Shown: one piece after another, positions 13,001 through 27,140 of the stretch
Layout: every line of letters starts with the position of its first letter
Numbering within the stretch: the stretch's first letter is position 1
NCBI RefSeq assembly: GCF_026571515.1
Contig: NW_026866451.1
Span: 310,001-374,000 of the forward strand
Length of the DNA: 64,000 nt
Reading direction: 5' to 3'
DNA from: Ruditapes philippinarum
Lineage: Eukaryota
Position numbers and translations under genes: made by a program
The notes under the pieces: model-generated
Database searches by the model: none
Told to the model about the DNA's origin: nothing
Seen by the model: only the letters and a program-made list of their open reading frames with translations

Positions 13001-15194
13001 AAGGTACGTGAATATGTTGGCCACTGACCTTTAAAAAGAGAAAACAATCAAATTGTTTGTTTATGCTTATGAGCTCACAGGGAAAAAATAATTATCAGCA
13101 AAATTCTGAAAATCATTTGAATGAATATTTAATTAACATAAATACATGAAGGGAGTTTTTGTCTCGGTCGACGTCATAATTGCATGACAGCGCGCAGTTG
13201 ACACAGATGCATGTATACCAAGGCTAAATGTGAACAAACAATGCATGTTCAGGACAGTTTTTCTTTCTGATATATAATTAAACATATTCTCAAATAACAT
13301 TTTCAACAGAAATTTCAGAACGTATAAAGATCTGGAGAAAAAAAGACAAATTAATGAAGTAATAGTAAGAAACCATAAAACGTTGGTATTACGATTACGA
13401 TTACTTTCAAGCACGGCACTCACCTGTTCTTATAATAAAAAAACTGGAAAACCTTTACCACACTAAAATGGACTCGTCGATCTTTCAATCTGGACAAAAC
13501 CATTCTGATGAATGGTTTTGTCCAGATTGAAAGATCGACGAGTCCATTTTTAAGGGACAAATTTCAAAATCAGTACAAACTGAATAGCGAACAGTGTAGA
13601 CCATGGATGTGTCAGCTGTTCATGGCCTGCACTGTGTGCATGCGTACATTCCGTCGCAGACAGCAGGCTAAGTGTTCAAAATATATGACAATAACATTCA
13701 AGTGGTAATTATAAATAGATTTTTTTCCGCCTTGTACGAAAAATTAAGCTCTTTATGTGCTTCCATCCACTGTCAATTGTGGATGGCTTTTAAATTGAAA
13801 TCTTTAAAATACAGCTGTGTCGTGAAAAGTGCAAGTACATTAAATTTAAGACATTTTGCAAAGAAACAAAACAAACTGCTCACAGCTGTTTCTTTCCAAA
13901 TGTTTTTACCTGTGAGATGTTGATATAAATGTTATCACATGAAACTGTATTGATAAACAAAACATATAAAGGCAATGAAAAACACAGCACATTGTTGCTA
14001 TCTGTTCTCACATTACACTTTTCTAATTAAGAAGTTGAATATAAACATTAGCCCATTTAATGGAAAAAAAGGAAACCAACGCGCTCTATATCCTTGATAA
14101 AGTTTTTATTTAAAAAAAGTTTTAGCTTTATTATATTTGATAGTGATTGTAGTTTGATGATTCTGTCAAATAGAGGGATTTGTATCGTAACTACAAGAAA
14201 CACGCTCAAGGAGAATAAATCTTTGTCTCTTTGTAGTTCACCGACAAATAAATTGCAAATTTTCATGACAGTCTCTTAATAGCTTTGTGTTTAAACGTGC
14301 AGAATATTTGATGTGCATTGTTAGTCGGGTGTAAATTGAATTTTCAAATTTTCTAGATTTTAAAGGGATTACAGTTGCCACTGTGCCTTTACTTTTACAT
14401 TGACATTTTATAATTTTACATTGACATTGTATAGATCAAATGTTCAAACGTGAAGAAATAATCAATAAAAATGAATGTTTCTCAAAATTAACCTTTGTTT
14501 CTTGCAAATATGTATCTTTTTACAATCATTTAAAGAGTCTTTAAATCTATGATTCGCTGGAAAACTTTAAAATGACAGTGTTATTTAATCTTCTGTTGAT
14601 TGCATATCCCAATAGATTCCAATTGATATAATTTGAAGAAAGTTGCTTGTAACATTTTATTATGTTTGTGTATAGTTGGATTTTAAGTCGCACCGACACT
14701 GTAAAGGTCATATTACAACTTTTACTGTCACATTATATGTATAACATTTATAGTAATAACATTTATATTACTTGACATCAGAACACTCTAAATATGATAC
14801 TGCTATAATACATTGCTGTTTTGTCACCCATGTCACATATATATTCAGCACGTGAAGTATGATTGCTAGATTAAGCAGATGACCTATATTGTCTGCCGTG
14901 ACTTCTGAGAGGAAAACGTTGTCAATAAATACGGTTGTCTATAAATTAGTGTCCATTCTGAAATTATAGTCCATAGAGACATCACGTTAACAATCATGCA
15001 TAAAATAAACCACGGAGTAAATTAAAATGCAGAAAAAACTTCAAATGTAACTTGAAATAATCTGAATCCGATATTGTACAGTTAATGAACAATTACTTTT
15101 TGGAACTACACATATATATATTACTAGTGATTATTTGGATAGTTCATACATCTATTTTGTTTTATTATTTAGTTTATACGAATTTATTTTAGTT

Positions 15195-15385
15195 CCATTG
15201 TGTTGGAAACTATAGAAACACTCTCGAATTTGTTCCTGGAACCAACCAGTACTAAGCAATGAGTATAAGGTTTCTTGCTTACTGAAACAACAGCTTGCCC
15301 CTGACGGGATTTGAACCCACAAGGCCAGCATTTCTTAGATTACTAGTCTGACGCGTTAAACACTTGTCTGACGCGTCAATTCTGC
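15195..15385 (-). mobile_element. SINE family A in unit 2
   Basis: Same motifs at the equivalent position of the unit. Confidence 0.8.
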
Positions 15386-15580
15386 CACTCAAATTTTATT
15401 ATTTCTTGAAGGAAAGTTAAGAAACATACAGAATCTAACTGTTGAACTTTAGCAGATTGAATGTATAAACACGTAAAACACTATTCAAGACTTTGACGTT
15501 TGTAAAATCAAGTAATAGATTCTAACATGTTTTACAAACGTCAGAGTCTTGCCCATATTTATGTCATATACATCCGAGTG

Positions 15581-16514
15581 TTACTTTTTGGTGAAATACT
15601 ATTTCAGTCCAAGAAAAGAAACAACAAAAAAACCGGAATAATTGACATCGATAATTTCACGTACCATTCATTGTTCAAATGTAAATAATTCTGGAGATTT
15701 ATCTGGGATTTACCGGCTACTCGAATAAGAACAGCTTTGTTAAAACTGCTTCAATAAAAATAAAGCAATACCATTGATAGCACTTATCATGACCCTTTTA
15801 AACACGCTACTAGTAATGGAAATATTGCGCGTGGCCATGAAAGAACATTGACTCCTTTCGTTAGAGAAACATATCATTAAAACATAGTTCATGTTTATTT
15901 TTCATGTATGGTAATATAACAACATGTAGAGAAACAAATATAAAGAAATTATACATGTACTTATTATACATCTTGTCATTTTGGCATACGAGTAAGTAAA
16001 TATTTACTTACAGTATTAGTAATATATTTACAACTTATCAACTTCAGGGCTAATTGTTAGAACTCGCAATATTAGCACTGTTAAACAAGGAGCAGAGACA
16101 GTAGAGCTACTCAGACATCGTTGTCCTTATAAAATGATATACAAAAACACTATGAAAAGTTATTTACAGATACTTAGTGAGATCACAAATCAATCGTTAA
16201 TTCTCCTTCAACACAAATATATGGTTTAAAGCAATTTCTTGCTAAAACCCACAAAGTCAGTCACAAGTTACAGCAATGAGAAATCTTAGGTAGTCTACTT
16301 GATACCTCGTATATTGACTTTGCAGAGATTTTACAAGATCTCCTAATGGATGCATCTCATCTGTTACATCAAATTGATTCATGCTTCCCCTTGTTTTATT
16401 CTTAACAGTTGTTTTTATTACGTTCTTGGCATCTGCAATGTTATGTCTGATCAAGCAAACTCTTATTGATATTGTGTATTTCAAACTTAAGATGCAATTT
16501 CGATGTATTTCCAT
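15581..16514 (-). pseudogene. Decayed GPCR-like gene, unit 2
   Basis: Retains an 85-aa N-terminal ORF 16257..16514 (...GSMNQFDVTDEMHPLGDLVKSLQSQYTRYQVDYLRF); the remainder is disrupted. Confidence 0.4.
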
Positions 16515-19500
16515 CTAAATGGTTGAAACATATTTGAAAATCTTGTTTTCTTGATTACTGAATTGGTCTCTGAATAGACCTTTGTCATATTTTATGATTT
16601 ATAGTTATAATTTATTGCCCCCCCCCCCGATATGATAGTTTTAACTTCCTTTGTACGCCTTAGAACATTTTAGACGTGTTATAAAGTAGTGACTTTTTTA
16701 TACAAAATCTTTATTTTCATCTTCACTTTAATCTATAATAATGAAAACAAAATAACAATAGCAACAAGTTAAGTTTAAGAAAGTATCACATTAAAACATG
16801 GTATCCTATGAATAGTACATCGTAATCAAAATTTGAGCTAAGATGCCTTGATTTATAATTCTCAAAAGCTCTTTTTTTCTTATTTTTTGTGTTCGGTTAC
16901 AGGTTTCAAAACGGTACAGCTAAACAATCTCTTGCTTTTGGTGCGTAGAAAAGTCCTAAAGTGTTAGAGATTTAATATTTTGTATGAAAGACATTATACA
17001 CTTTATTTACTTTTTTGCTACTTTATGACAGATAGTTTCACATTCAATATTGTTTTCTCTACGTTATGAGCATCTAACATGCACTAAATCCATTATTTAA
17101 ACATTACAAAATAGGTTTGCCTTTTCTTCAGAGGGAAGTCGTATCTATCCTGGAGCTTTATATGCCTTTAATGCGCTCTTTTGTAGTCGAGAAATTGAAA
17201 GTGTACATTAATGATCGATATATAAATCTCACAATCAGTTTGCTGAACATTGCACATAAAAACTTTTTTTCACGAATTTAAGAAAAATCTTCAATGCTGA
17301 TACATTTATATGAATGTTGAATTATGCTTTAAGACATGATAGGGTACATGGATGGTAGCTTTCATTTACCACTAGGGTCTTGATCTAACTGCAAAAATGT
17401 CAGATTTGCAGTGTTTTGTACATTGAAATTCTTCTTTAGTCAAACCAACCAAACAAAAAATAATATCAGTGGAAAATGGAACAAATTGTATTAATGCTTT
17501 CTGAGAACATGCTTTTTAAAAAGAAACGGTCCACCACGTCGAATAAATTAAAGCTGTGTCGATTGAGGTAAAAGACTGCTTTTAGGCTGAAGTAAAGTTT
17601 GATATTTTTTGTTTTATTTTTAATCATTATATTCCTAACGTCAAATAAATGTTACTATGTTCATAGTGTCATATATTTGTGTATTTTACGATTACATGTA
17701 AAAAAAATGCCGTTTTGGGCGTTTTCTAGTGGTTCTCTAGTGATTCTGTTATTGAAACAAATTTCTTTTGCAGCCTTGATATGTGAACAAAATGTTAAAA
17801 TGATGAAATTTAATAAACGTCAAATTATATAGTACATGAATATTTTTTCCTGATTGTTTTCTAATTTTGTTGCATATATAACACATAACAAAATCTCCTT
17901 TTTGTTACAAAAGCAAAACATTGTATTTTTGTTTTTTTTTAGTTTAACAATAAATCTTTATTTTAGACAAAAAGAACAAATGTACACATATTCCACAGGG
18001 AAATTTTTCTTTTTACAGTTTGATTGATGAGTTGTCTTCTTGTTATGAGACGTTTTTTTATAGAATACTTCGCACAAAATAAACGATGACGTGTGCATAA
18101 TTCACAGACATTTATTAATAATGGAAAATGTTTTGCATGCACATATAATTGTAAAATGTTTTTAGACATTACACCAAACCACGAAATAATCATTTTTTGG
18201 TTGTTGTTGGCAAATATGTGATACACGATTATTTATATTATTTACTTATATATCCGAAAATAAAATTTCCTAGAGCAAAATATTATTATTCATCGTATAA
18301 ATGGTTATTCTATGAAAAATAAACTTACTTAAGTTTGTTCTACATGATCAAACATTAAAATTGGCACGTGAATATGTTGGCCACTGACCTTAAAAGAAGA
18401 CATCACAAGTAGATTGTTTGTTTACGCTAATGAGCTCAAGGGCAAAAAATATAATTATTATTTTTATTATTAAAATTCAAAATATCATTTGAATGAAGTT
18501 TTAATCAACATGATGACATGAAGGGAGTTTTTATCTCAGTCGACGTCATAGTTGCATGACAGGACACAGTTAACACAGATGCATGGTTAACAAGCTAAAT
18601 GCATGTAAAAGACAGGTTGTGTTTTTTTTTTTTCTAAAAATTATATATAATTTAATATAATAGATATATAATTAAACATCTTCTCAAATAACATTTTCAA
18701 CAGAAATATTAGAACGTATAAAGTGCTGCAGAAAATACAAAAATCAATGAAACAATATATATAAGAAATAATATATGTTTGTTGTACGGTCGCTTACAAG
18801 CACGCACTGTTCTTATAGAGAAAGAAAAAACATGGAAAGCCTTTACCACACTAAATATCTTAAAAGGACTCGCCGATCTTTCAATCTGGACAAAATCATT
18901 CGTCAGTTAAAGGGACAAAAATTTCAAAATCAGTACAAACTGAATAGCGAACAGTGTAGACCATGGATTTGTCGGCTGATCTTAGTCTTCACTGTACGCA
19001 TGCGTACATTCCGTCACAGACAGCAGGCTAAGTGTTCAACCTTCTGCCTTGGTCTCTTTATGTGCTTCCATCCACGGTCAGTAATGGATAGATTTTAAAG
19101 TGAAATCTTAATAATACAGCTGTTGACGTGAAAAGTGCAAGCACATTAAATTGAAGACATTTTGCAAAGAAACAAAACAAACTGCTCACAGCTGTTTCTT
19201 TCCAATTGTTTATGCCTGCGAGATGTTAATATAAATGTTATAACATGAAACTGTATTTATAAAACTTAAATATAAAAGCAAAAAAAAATCAAGAACAAAA
19301 AAAAACACAGCACATTGTTGCTATCTGTTCTCACATTACACTTTTCTAATTAAGAAGTAGAACATAAACATTAGCCCATTTAATGGATAAAAGGAAACCA
19401 ACGCGCTCTGTTTCCTTGATAAACATTTTATTTAAAAAAGTTATAGCTTTTTTATATTTGATATTGATTGTAGTTTGATGATTCTGTCAAATAGAGCGAT

Positions 19501-20489
19501 TTATATCGTTACTACAAGAAACACGCTCAAGGAGGATAAATCTTTGTCTCTTTGTAATTCACCGACAAATAAATTGAAAATTTTCATGACAGTCTCTTTA
19601 TAGCTTTGTGTTTAAACGTGCAGAATATTTGATGTGCATTGTTAGTCGGGTGTAAATTGAATTTTAAAATTTTCTAGATTTTAAAGGGATTCTAGTTGCC
19701 ATTGTGCCTTTACTTTTACATTGACATTTAAAATTTTACATTGACAATGTATAAGATCAAATGATCAAACGTGAAGAAATAATCAATAAAAAAATGAATG
19801 TTTCTTAAAATTTACTTTTGTTTTGTTTGCAAATATGTATCTTTTTACTGTAATCTAAAGAATCTATAACGCGCTGGAAAACTTTAAAATGTTATTTAAT
19901 CTTCTGTTGATTGCATATCCCAAAAGATCCCAACAGATATAATTGATATAAAGTTGCTTGTAACATTTCATTATGTTTTGGTGTTGTTGAAATTTCAGTA
20001 GCACCCACACTGTAAAGGTCATATTACATTTCAAGCTTTACTGTCACATTAAATGTATAACATTTATATTAATTGACATCAGAACACTCTAAATATTATC
20101 CTGCTATAATACAATGCTGTTTGTCACCCATGTCACATATTCAGCACGAGAAGTATGATTGCTACACTAAGTAGATGGCCAATATCGTCTGCCGTGGCTT
20201 CTAAGAGGATAGCATTGTCAATAAATACGGTTGTCTATGAATTGGTGTCTATTCTAAAATTATAATCCATGGAGACATCACGTTAACATGCAAGCAAGAA
20301 ATAAAGCACGGAGTAAATTAAAATGTAGAAAAACTTCAAAACTTGAAATAATCTGAACCCGATATTGTACAGTTAATGAACAATTGTTACTAGTTGGAAC
20401 TACAACAAATATATGTATTACTAGTGATTTTCTGGAAAGTCCCTACATTTTATTGTTTTATTTATTTCGTTTATACGAATTTATTTTAG

Positions 20490-20682
20490 TTTGATTGTGA
20501 AGGAAGCTATAGGCTTATTAAAACACCCTCAAATCCGTTCCTGGAACCAACCAGTACTAAGCAATGAGTATAATGTTTCTTGCTCACTGAAACAACGGCT
20601 TGCCCCTGACGGGATTTGAACCCACGCGGCCAGCAATCCTTAAATTACTAGTCTGATGCGTTTACCACTTGCCCATGCCGCC
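20490..20682 (-). mobile_element. SINE family A in unit 3
   Basis: Same motifs; an A-box-like GGCATGGGCAAGTGG is visible on the minus strand. Confidence 0.8.
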
Positions 20683-21032
20683 ACTCAAATTTTACCATTT
20701 CTTGAAGGAAAGTCAAGAAACATACAGAAAACAACTGTTGAACTTAAGCAGATTGAATGTATAAACACGTAAAATACAATTCAAGACTTTGACGTTTGTA
20801 AAACATGATAGAGTTTATTACTTGAAATGATTATTGAATAATGCAATAACACACAAAAAGAATAGAATGTTATTGAATATTTCAAGTTGATTTTAAAGAA
20901 AGCTTTTGACGTGTGTAAAAAAGACAAAAACTATATACTATTTCACATATTGGTGTATCAAATGATAATGTTACGCTATAACTTGAAGACTTACTTTTAA
21001 TGACGTATATAAATGACGTATACATCCGAATG

Positions 21033-21940
21033 TAACTTTTTGGTCAACTACTCCCTCAGGCCAGGAAAAGCAACAACAAAAAATTACATTGATAACTTCA
21101 CGTACCATTAATTGTTCAAATAAAAATAAATTTATAGATTTATCAGGGATTTACCGGCTACTCGAATAAGAACAGATTTGATAAAACTGTTAGAATAAAA
21201 ATGAAGCAATACCGTTGAAAGCACTTTTTACGACCCTATTAAACGTACGCTACTAGCTATGGAAATATTGCGCGTGGCCATGAAATAACATTTGACTCCT
21301 TTCGTTAGAGAAGCTCCATAATAACATATCATTAAAATATAGTTAAGGTTTTTTTGGCACAGTGTACATATATACATGGTAATATAACAACTTGTAGAGA
21401 AACAAATATGAACAATTTTATACTTATTATACATCTTGTCATTTTGACATAAGAGCAAGTAAATTTTTACTCAAAATATAAGTAATTAAATTTACAACTA
21501 ATTATTAGCATTGTAAAACAAGGAGGAGAGACAATAGGGCTACTCAGAAATCGTTGTCCTTATAAAATGATATATAAAAACATTATTAAAAGTCATATAC
21601 AGATACTTAGTGAGACCACAAATTAATCGTTAATTCTCCTTCGACACAAGTATATGGTTTAAAGCAGTTTCTTGCTAAAAGTCACAAAGTCAGTCACATA
21701 TTATAACAATGAGAAATCTTAGATAGTCCACTTGATACCTCGTATATTGACTTTGCAGGGATTTAACAAGATCTCCTAATTGATGCAGCTCATGTGTTAC
21801 ATCTAATCGATTCATGTATTTTTACAGTTGTTTTATTAGGTTTCTGACATCTGCTATGTTATGTCTGAGCAAGCAAATATCGCACTATAGCTCTTATTGA
21901 TATTGTGTATTTCAAACTCAAGATGCAATTTCGATGCATT
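21033..21940 (-). pseudogene. Decayed GPCR-like gene, unit 3
   Basis: ORF fragment 21228..21458 (...ICYYGASLTKGVKCYFMATRNISIASSVRLI); homologous to the other units. Confidence 0.4.
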
Positions 21941-24900
21941 TTCATCTAAATGGTTTAAACATATTTGAAAATCTTGTTTTCTTGATTTCTGAATTGGTCT
22001 CTGAATAGACCTCTGTCATATTTTATGATTTATAGTTATAATTTATAGCCTCCCCCTCCCCCTGATCTGATAGTTTTAACTTCTATTGTACGCCTTAGAA
22101 CATTTTAGACGTGTTATAAAGTAGTGACTTTTTTATACACAAGCTTGCTCTTTCAAAATCTTTTTTTTAATCTTCACTTTAATCTATGATAATGAAAACA
22201 AAATAACAATAGCAACAAGTTAAGTTTAAGAAAGTATCACATTAAAACATGGTATCCTATGAATAGTACATCGTTATTAAAATTTGAGCTAAGATGCCTG
22301 ATTTATAATTCTCAAAAGCTTTTTTTTCTTATTTTGTTGTGTTCGGTTACAGGTTTCAAAACGGTACAGCTAAACAATCTCTTGCTTTTTGTGCGTAGAA
22401 AAGTGCTAAAGTGCTAGAGATTTAATATTTTGTATGAAAGACATTATACACTTTATTTACTTTTTTGCTACTTTATGACAGATAATTTCACATTCAATAT
22501 TGTTTTCTCCACGTTATGAGCATCTAACATGCACTAAATCCATTATTTAAACATTACAAATAGGTTTGCCTTTTCTTCAGAGGGAAGTCGTATCTATCCT
22601 AAAGCTTTATATGCCTTTAATGCGCTCTTTTGTAGTCGAGGAATTGAAAGTGCACTTTAATGATCGATATATAAATCTCACAATCAGTTTGCTGAACATT
22701 GCACATTAAAACTTTTTTTCACGAATTTAAGAAAAATCTTCAATGCTGATACATTTATATGAATGTTGAATTATGATTTAAGACATGATAGGGTACATAG
22801 ATGGTAGCTCTCATTTACCACTAGGGTCTTGATCTAACTGCAAAAATGTCAGAGTTGCAGTGTTTTGTACATTGAAATTCTTCTTTAGTCAAACCAACCA
22901 AACAAAAAATATCATCAGTGGGAAATGGAACAAATTGTATTAATGCTTTCTGAGAACATGCTTTAAAAAACCCGGTCCACCACGTCGAATAAATTAAAGC
23001 TGTGTCGATTGAGGTAAAAGACTGCTTTTAGGCTGAAGTAAAGTTTAATATTTTTTGTTTTATATTTAATCATTATATGCCTAACGTCAAATAAATGTTA
23101 CTATGTTCATAGTGTCATATATTTGTGTATTTTACGATTACATGTAAAAAATGATGAATTCTGCTGAAGCCGGTCCTGGGGGGAGGCTTGGACGGTAGAT
23201 TGCGTTTTCCACTACATGCATGAAAATGCTCCATCAAACTGAGCATGCAACATTTTCAGTTATGCCGTTTTGGGCGTTCTCTAGTGATTCTGTTATTGAA
23301 ACAAATTTCTTTTGCAGCCTTGATATGTGAACAAAATGTTAAAATGATGAAATTTAATAAACGTCAAATTATATAGTACATGTATATTTTTTCCTGATTG
23401 TTCTCTAATATTGTTGCATATATAACACATAACAAAATCTCCTTTTTGTAAGAGAAGCAAAACACTGTCTTTTTTTTTTTAGTGTAACAATAAATCTTTA
23501 TTTTAGACAAAAAGGACACATATTGTACTCATATTCCACAGGGAAATTTTTCTTTTCACAGTTTGATTGATGAATTGTCTTCTTGTTTTGAGACATTTTT
23601 CTTATAGAATACTTCGCACAAAATAAACGATGTCGTGTGCATAATTCACAGCATTTATTAATAATGGAAAATGTTTTGCATGCACATATAATTGTAAAAT
23701 GTTTTTAGACATTACACCAAACCACGAAATAATCATTTTTGGTTGTTGTTGGCCAATATGTGATACATAATTCTTTATTTTATATACTTATATAGCCGAA
23801 AATAATAATGTTTTTTTCTAACAATCATATATAATTTAAAATAAAAATATATATAATTAAACATCTTCTCAAATAACATTTTCAACAGAAATACTACTAT
23901 ATGAACGTATAAAGTGCAGCAGAAAATACAAAAATCAATGAAGTAATAGTAAGAAACAATATAACGTTTGTATTACGATCACTTTCAAGCACGCAATTGT
24001 TCTTAAAGAGAAAGAAAAACACATGGAAACCTTTACCAAACTAAATATCTTAAATGGACTCGAAAATCTTTCAATCTGGATAAAATCCATTCACCATTTT
24101 ATGAGAAAATTTCAAAATCAGTACTTACTAAATAGCGAACAGTGTAAACCATTGATGTGTCGGCTAATCTTGGTCTGTACTGTGCGCATGCGTACATTCC
24201 GTCGCAGACAGCAGGCTAAGTGTTCAAAATATATGATAACATTCAAGTGTTAATTATAAGAGATTTTTTACGCCTTGTATCTAAAATTAAGCTCTTTATG
24301 TGCTTCCATCCACTGTTAATTGTGTATGGATTTTAAAGTAAAGAAAATGTGTTTGAAACGTGAAAAGTGCAAGCACATTAAATTCAAGATATTTTGCAAA
24401 GAAACAAAACAAACTGCGCACAACTGGTTCTTTCCAAATGAGATGTTGATATAAATGTTATCACATGGAACTGTATATTTATAACAAAAACATATAAAGG
24501 CAATAAAAAACGCATGACATAAGTAGAACATAAACATTAGCCCATTTAATGGATAAAAAGGAAACCACCGAGTTCTATTTCCTTGATAAAATTTTTATTT
24601 AAAAAAAGTTTAAGCTTTATTATATTTGATAGTGATTGTAGTTTAAATAGGGGGATTTATATCGTAACTACAAGAAACACGCTCAAGGAGAATAAATCTT
24701 TGTCTCTTTGTAGTTCACCGACAAATAAATTGCAATTTTTTCATGGCAGTCTCTTAATAGCTTTGTGTTTAAACGTGCAGAATATTTGACAAGCATTGTT
24801 AGTCGGGTGTAAATTGAATTTTCAAAATTTCTTGATTTTAAAGGGATTGCAGTTGCCATTGTGCCTTTACTTTTACATTGACATTTAAAAGTTTACATTG

Positions 24901-25140
24901 ACATTGTATAAGATCAAATGATCAAACGTGAAGAAATAATCAATAAAAATGAATGTTTCTTAAAATTAATCTTTGTTTTGTTTGCAAATATGTATCTTTT
25001 TACAGTAATTTAAAGAATTTATAAATGTATAATGCGCTGGAAAACTTTAAAATGTCAGTGTTATTTAATCTTCTGTTGATTGCATATCCCAAAAGATCCC
25101 AACAGATATAATTGAAGAAAGTTGCTTTTAACATTTCATT

Positions 25141-26400
25141 AATAGGGTCGTGATAAGTGCTATCAATGGTTTTGCTTTATTTTTATTCAAGCAGTTTTAA
25201 CAAAGCTGTTCTTATTCGAGTAGCCGGTAAATCCCAAATAAATCTCCAGAATTATTTACATTTGAACAATGAATGGTACGTGAAGTTATCGATGTCAATT
25301 ATTCCAATATTTCTGTTGTTTCTTTTCTTGGACTGAAATAGTATTTCACGAAAAAGTAACATTCGGATGTATATGACATAAATTTCTTTGTGGGCAAATT
25401 ATAAAGGAAAAGTAAGTCTTCAAGTAATAGCGTCACATTATCATTTGATAGCACAAAAATGTGAAATATATATATTTATATATATATTTTGTTTTCAGAA
25501 CATTTCTTCGGCATCAACTTGAAATATTTAATAACATTTATTATTTTTTTTGGGGCTATTGCATTTACAAAATGATTTTAAAATCAATGATATATTCATC
25601 ATGTTTTACAAACGTCAAAAACTTAAAAAAGTGTTTTACATGTTTTTACATTTTATCTGCTAAAATTCAAAAATTAAATTCTTATTTCTGGCTTTCTTTC
25701 AAGAAAAGGTAAAATTTTAATGCGGCATGGGCAAATGGTAAAAAGCTCGACTATAAACTAAGGTTTGCGACCGCGTGGGTTTTAAATCCCGCCCGGGGCA
25801 AACCTTGTTTCAGGAGCAAAAAAACCTTTTCTTTTGACTATGTTCCAGGGAAAGGTTCGATAGGTTTCTATATTTCCAAAAACAATGAAAATAAAATAAA
25901 TTCGTATAAACTATTTAATAAAATAAAATAAATGTATGGACTATCCAGATAATCTCTAGTTATACATAGTTCCAACTAGTAATTGTTCATTTACTGTACA
26001 ATATCGGATTCAGATTATTTCAAATTACATTTGTAGTTTTTCTACATTTTAATTTACTCCGTGGTTTATTTCTTGCTTGGTTGTTAACGTGATGTCTCCA
26101 TGGATTGTAATTTTAGAATAGACACCAATTCATAGAAAACTGTATTTATTGACAATGCTATCCTCTTAGAAGCCACGGCAGACGATATTTGCCATCTACT
26201 TAGTCTAGCAATCATACTTCACGTGCTGAATATGTGACATGGGTGACAAAACAGCATTGTATTGTAGCAGGATAATATTTAGAGTGTTCTGATGTCAATA
26301 AATATAAATGTTATGCATTTAATGTGACAGTAAAGCTTGAAATGTAATATGACCTTTACAGTGTGGGTGCTACTGAAATTTTAACAACACGAAAACATAA
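25141..26400 (-). other. ~1.26 kb inversion within tandem unit 4
   Basis: Reverse complement of ~8155-9417 of unit 1. Junctions are ...AACATTTCATT|AATAGGGTCGTGATAAG and ...AAAACATAATAAA|AAACACGC. Confidence 0.92.
25720..25880 (+). mobile_element. SINE family A in the inverted part of unit 4 (error-distorted)
   Basis: GCGGCATGGGCAAATGGT...GCGTGGGTTTTAAATCCCG...GGGGCAA; equivalent position in the unit. Confidence 0.65.
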
Positions 26401-26404
26401 TAAA

Positions 26405-27140
26405 AACACGCTTCTAGCAATTGGAATATTGCGCATGGCCATGAAAGACCATTTGACTCCTTTCATTAGAGAAACATATCATTAAACTATAGTTAAGGTT
26501 TATTTTAGCATGTACGGTAATATAACAACATAAAGAAGAGAAACAAATATAAAAAAATATACATGTACTTATTATACAGCTTGTCATTTTGGCATACGAG
26601 TAAGTAAATATTTAGTTACAATAATAGTAATATGTTTACAACTAATCAACTTCAGGGCTAATTGTTAGAACTCGCAATATTAGCATTGTTAAACAAGAAG
26701 CAGAGACAGTAGAGCTACTCAGAAATCGTTGTCCTTATAAAATGATATATAAAAACACTATGAAAAGTCATTTACAGATACTTAGTGAAATCACAAATCA
26801 ATCGTTAATTGTCCTTCAACACAAATATATGGTTTAAAGCAGTTTCTTGCTAAAAGTCACAAAGTCAGTCACATGTTATAACAATGAGAAATCTTAGTTA
26901 GATAGTCTATTTGATACCTCGTATATTGACATTGCAGGGATTTAACAAGATCTCCTAATTGATGCAGCTCATCTGTTACATCAAATCGATTCATGCTTCC
27001 ATTCTTTTATTTACAGTTGTTTTTATTAGGTTGCTGACATCTGCTATGTTATGTCTGAGCAAGCAAATATCGCACATTGAATTAGCTCTTTTCGATATTG
27101 TGTATTTCAAAATTAAGATGCAATTTCGATGCATTTTCAT
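26405..27140 (-). pseudogene. Decayed GPCR-like gene, unit 4, 5' part (its 3' part is inverted to ~25141-25359 on +)
   Basis: Homology to units 1-3 and 5. Split by the 25141-26400 inversion. Confidence 0.38.
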
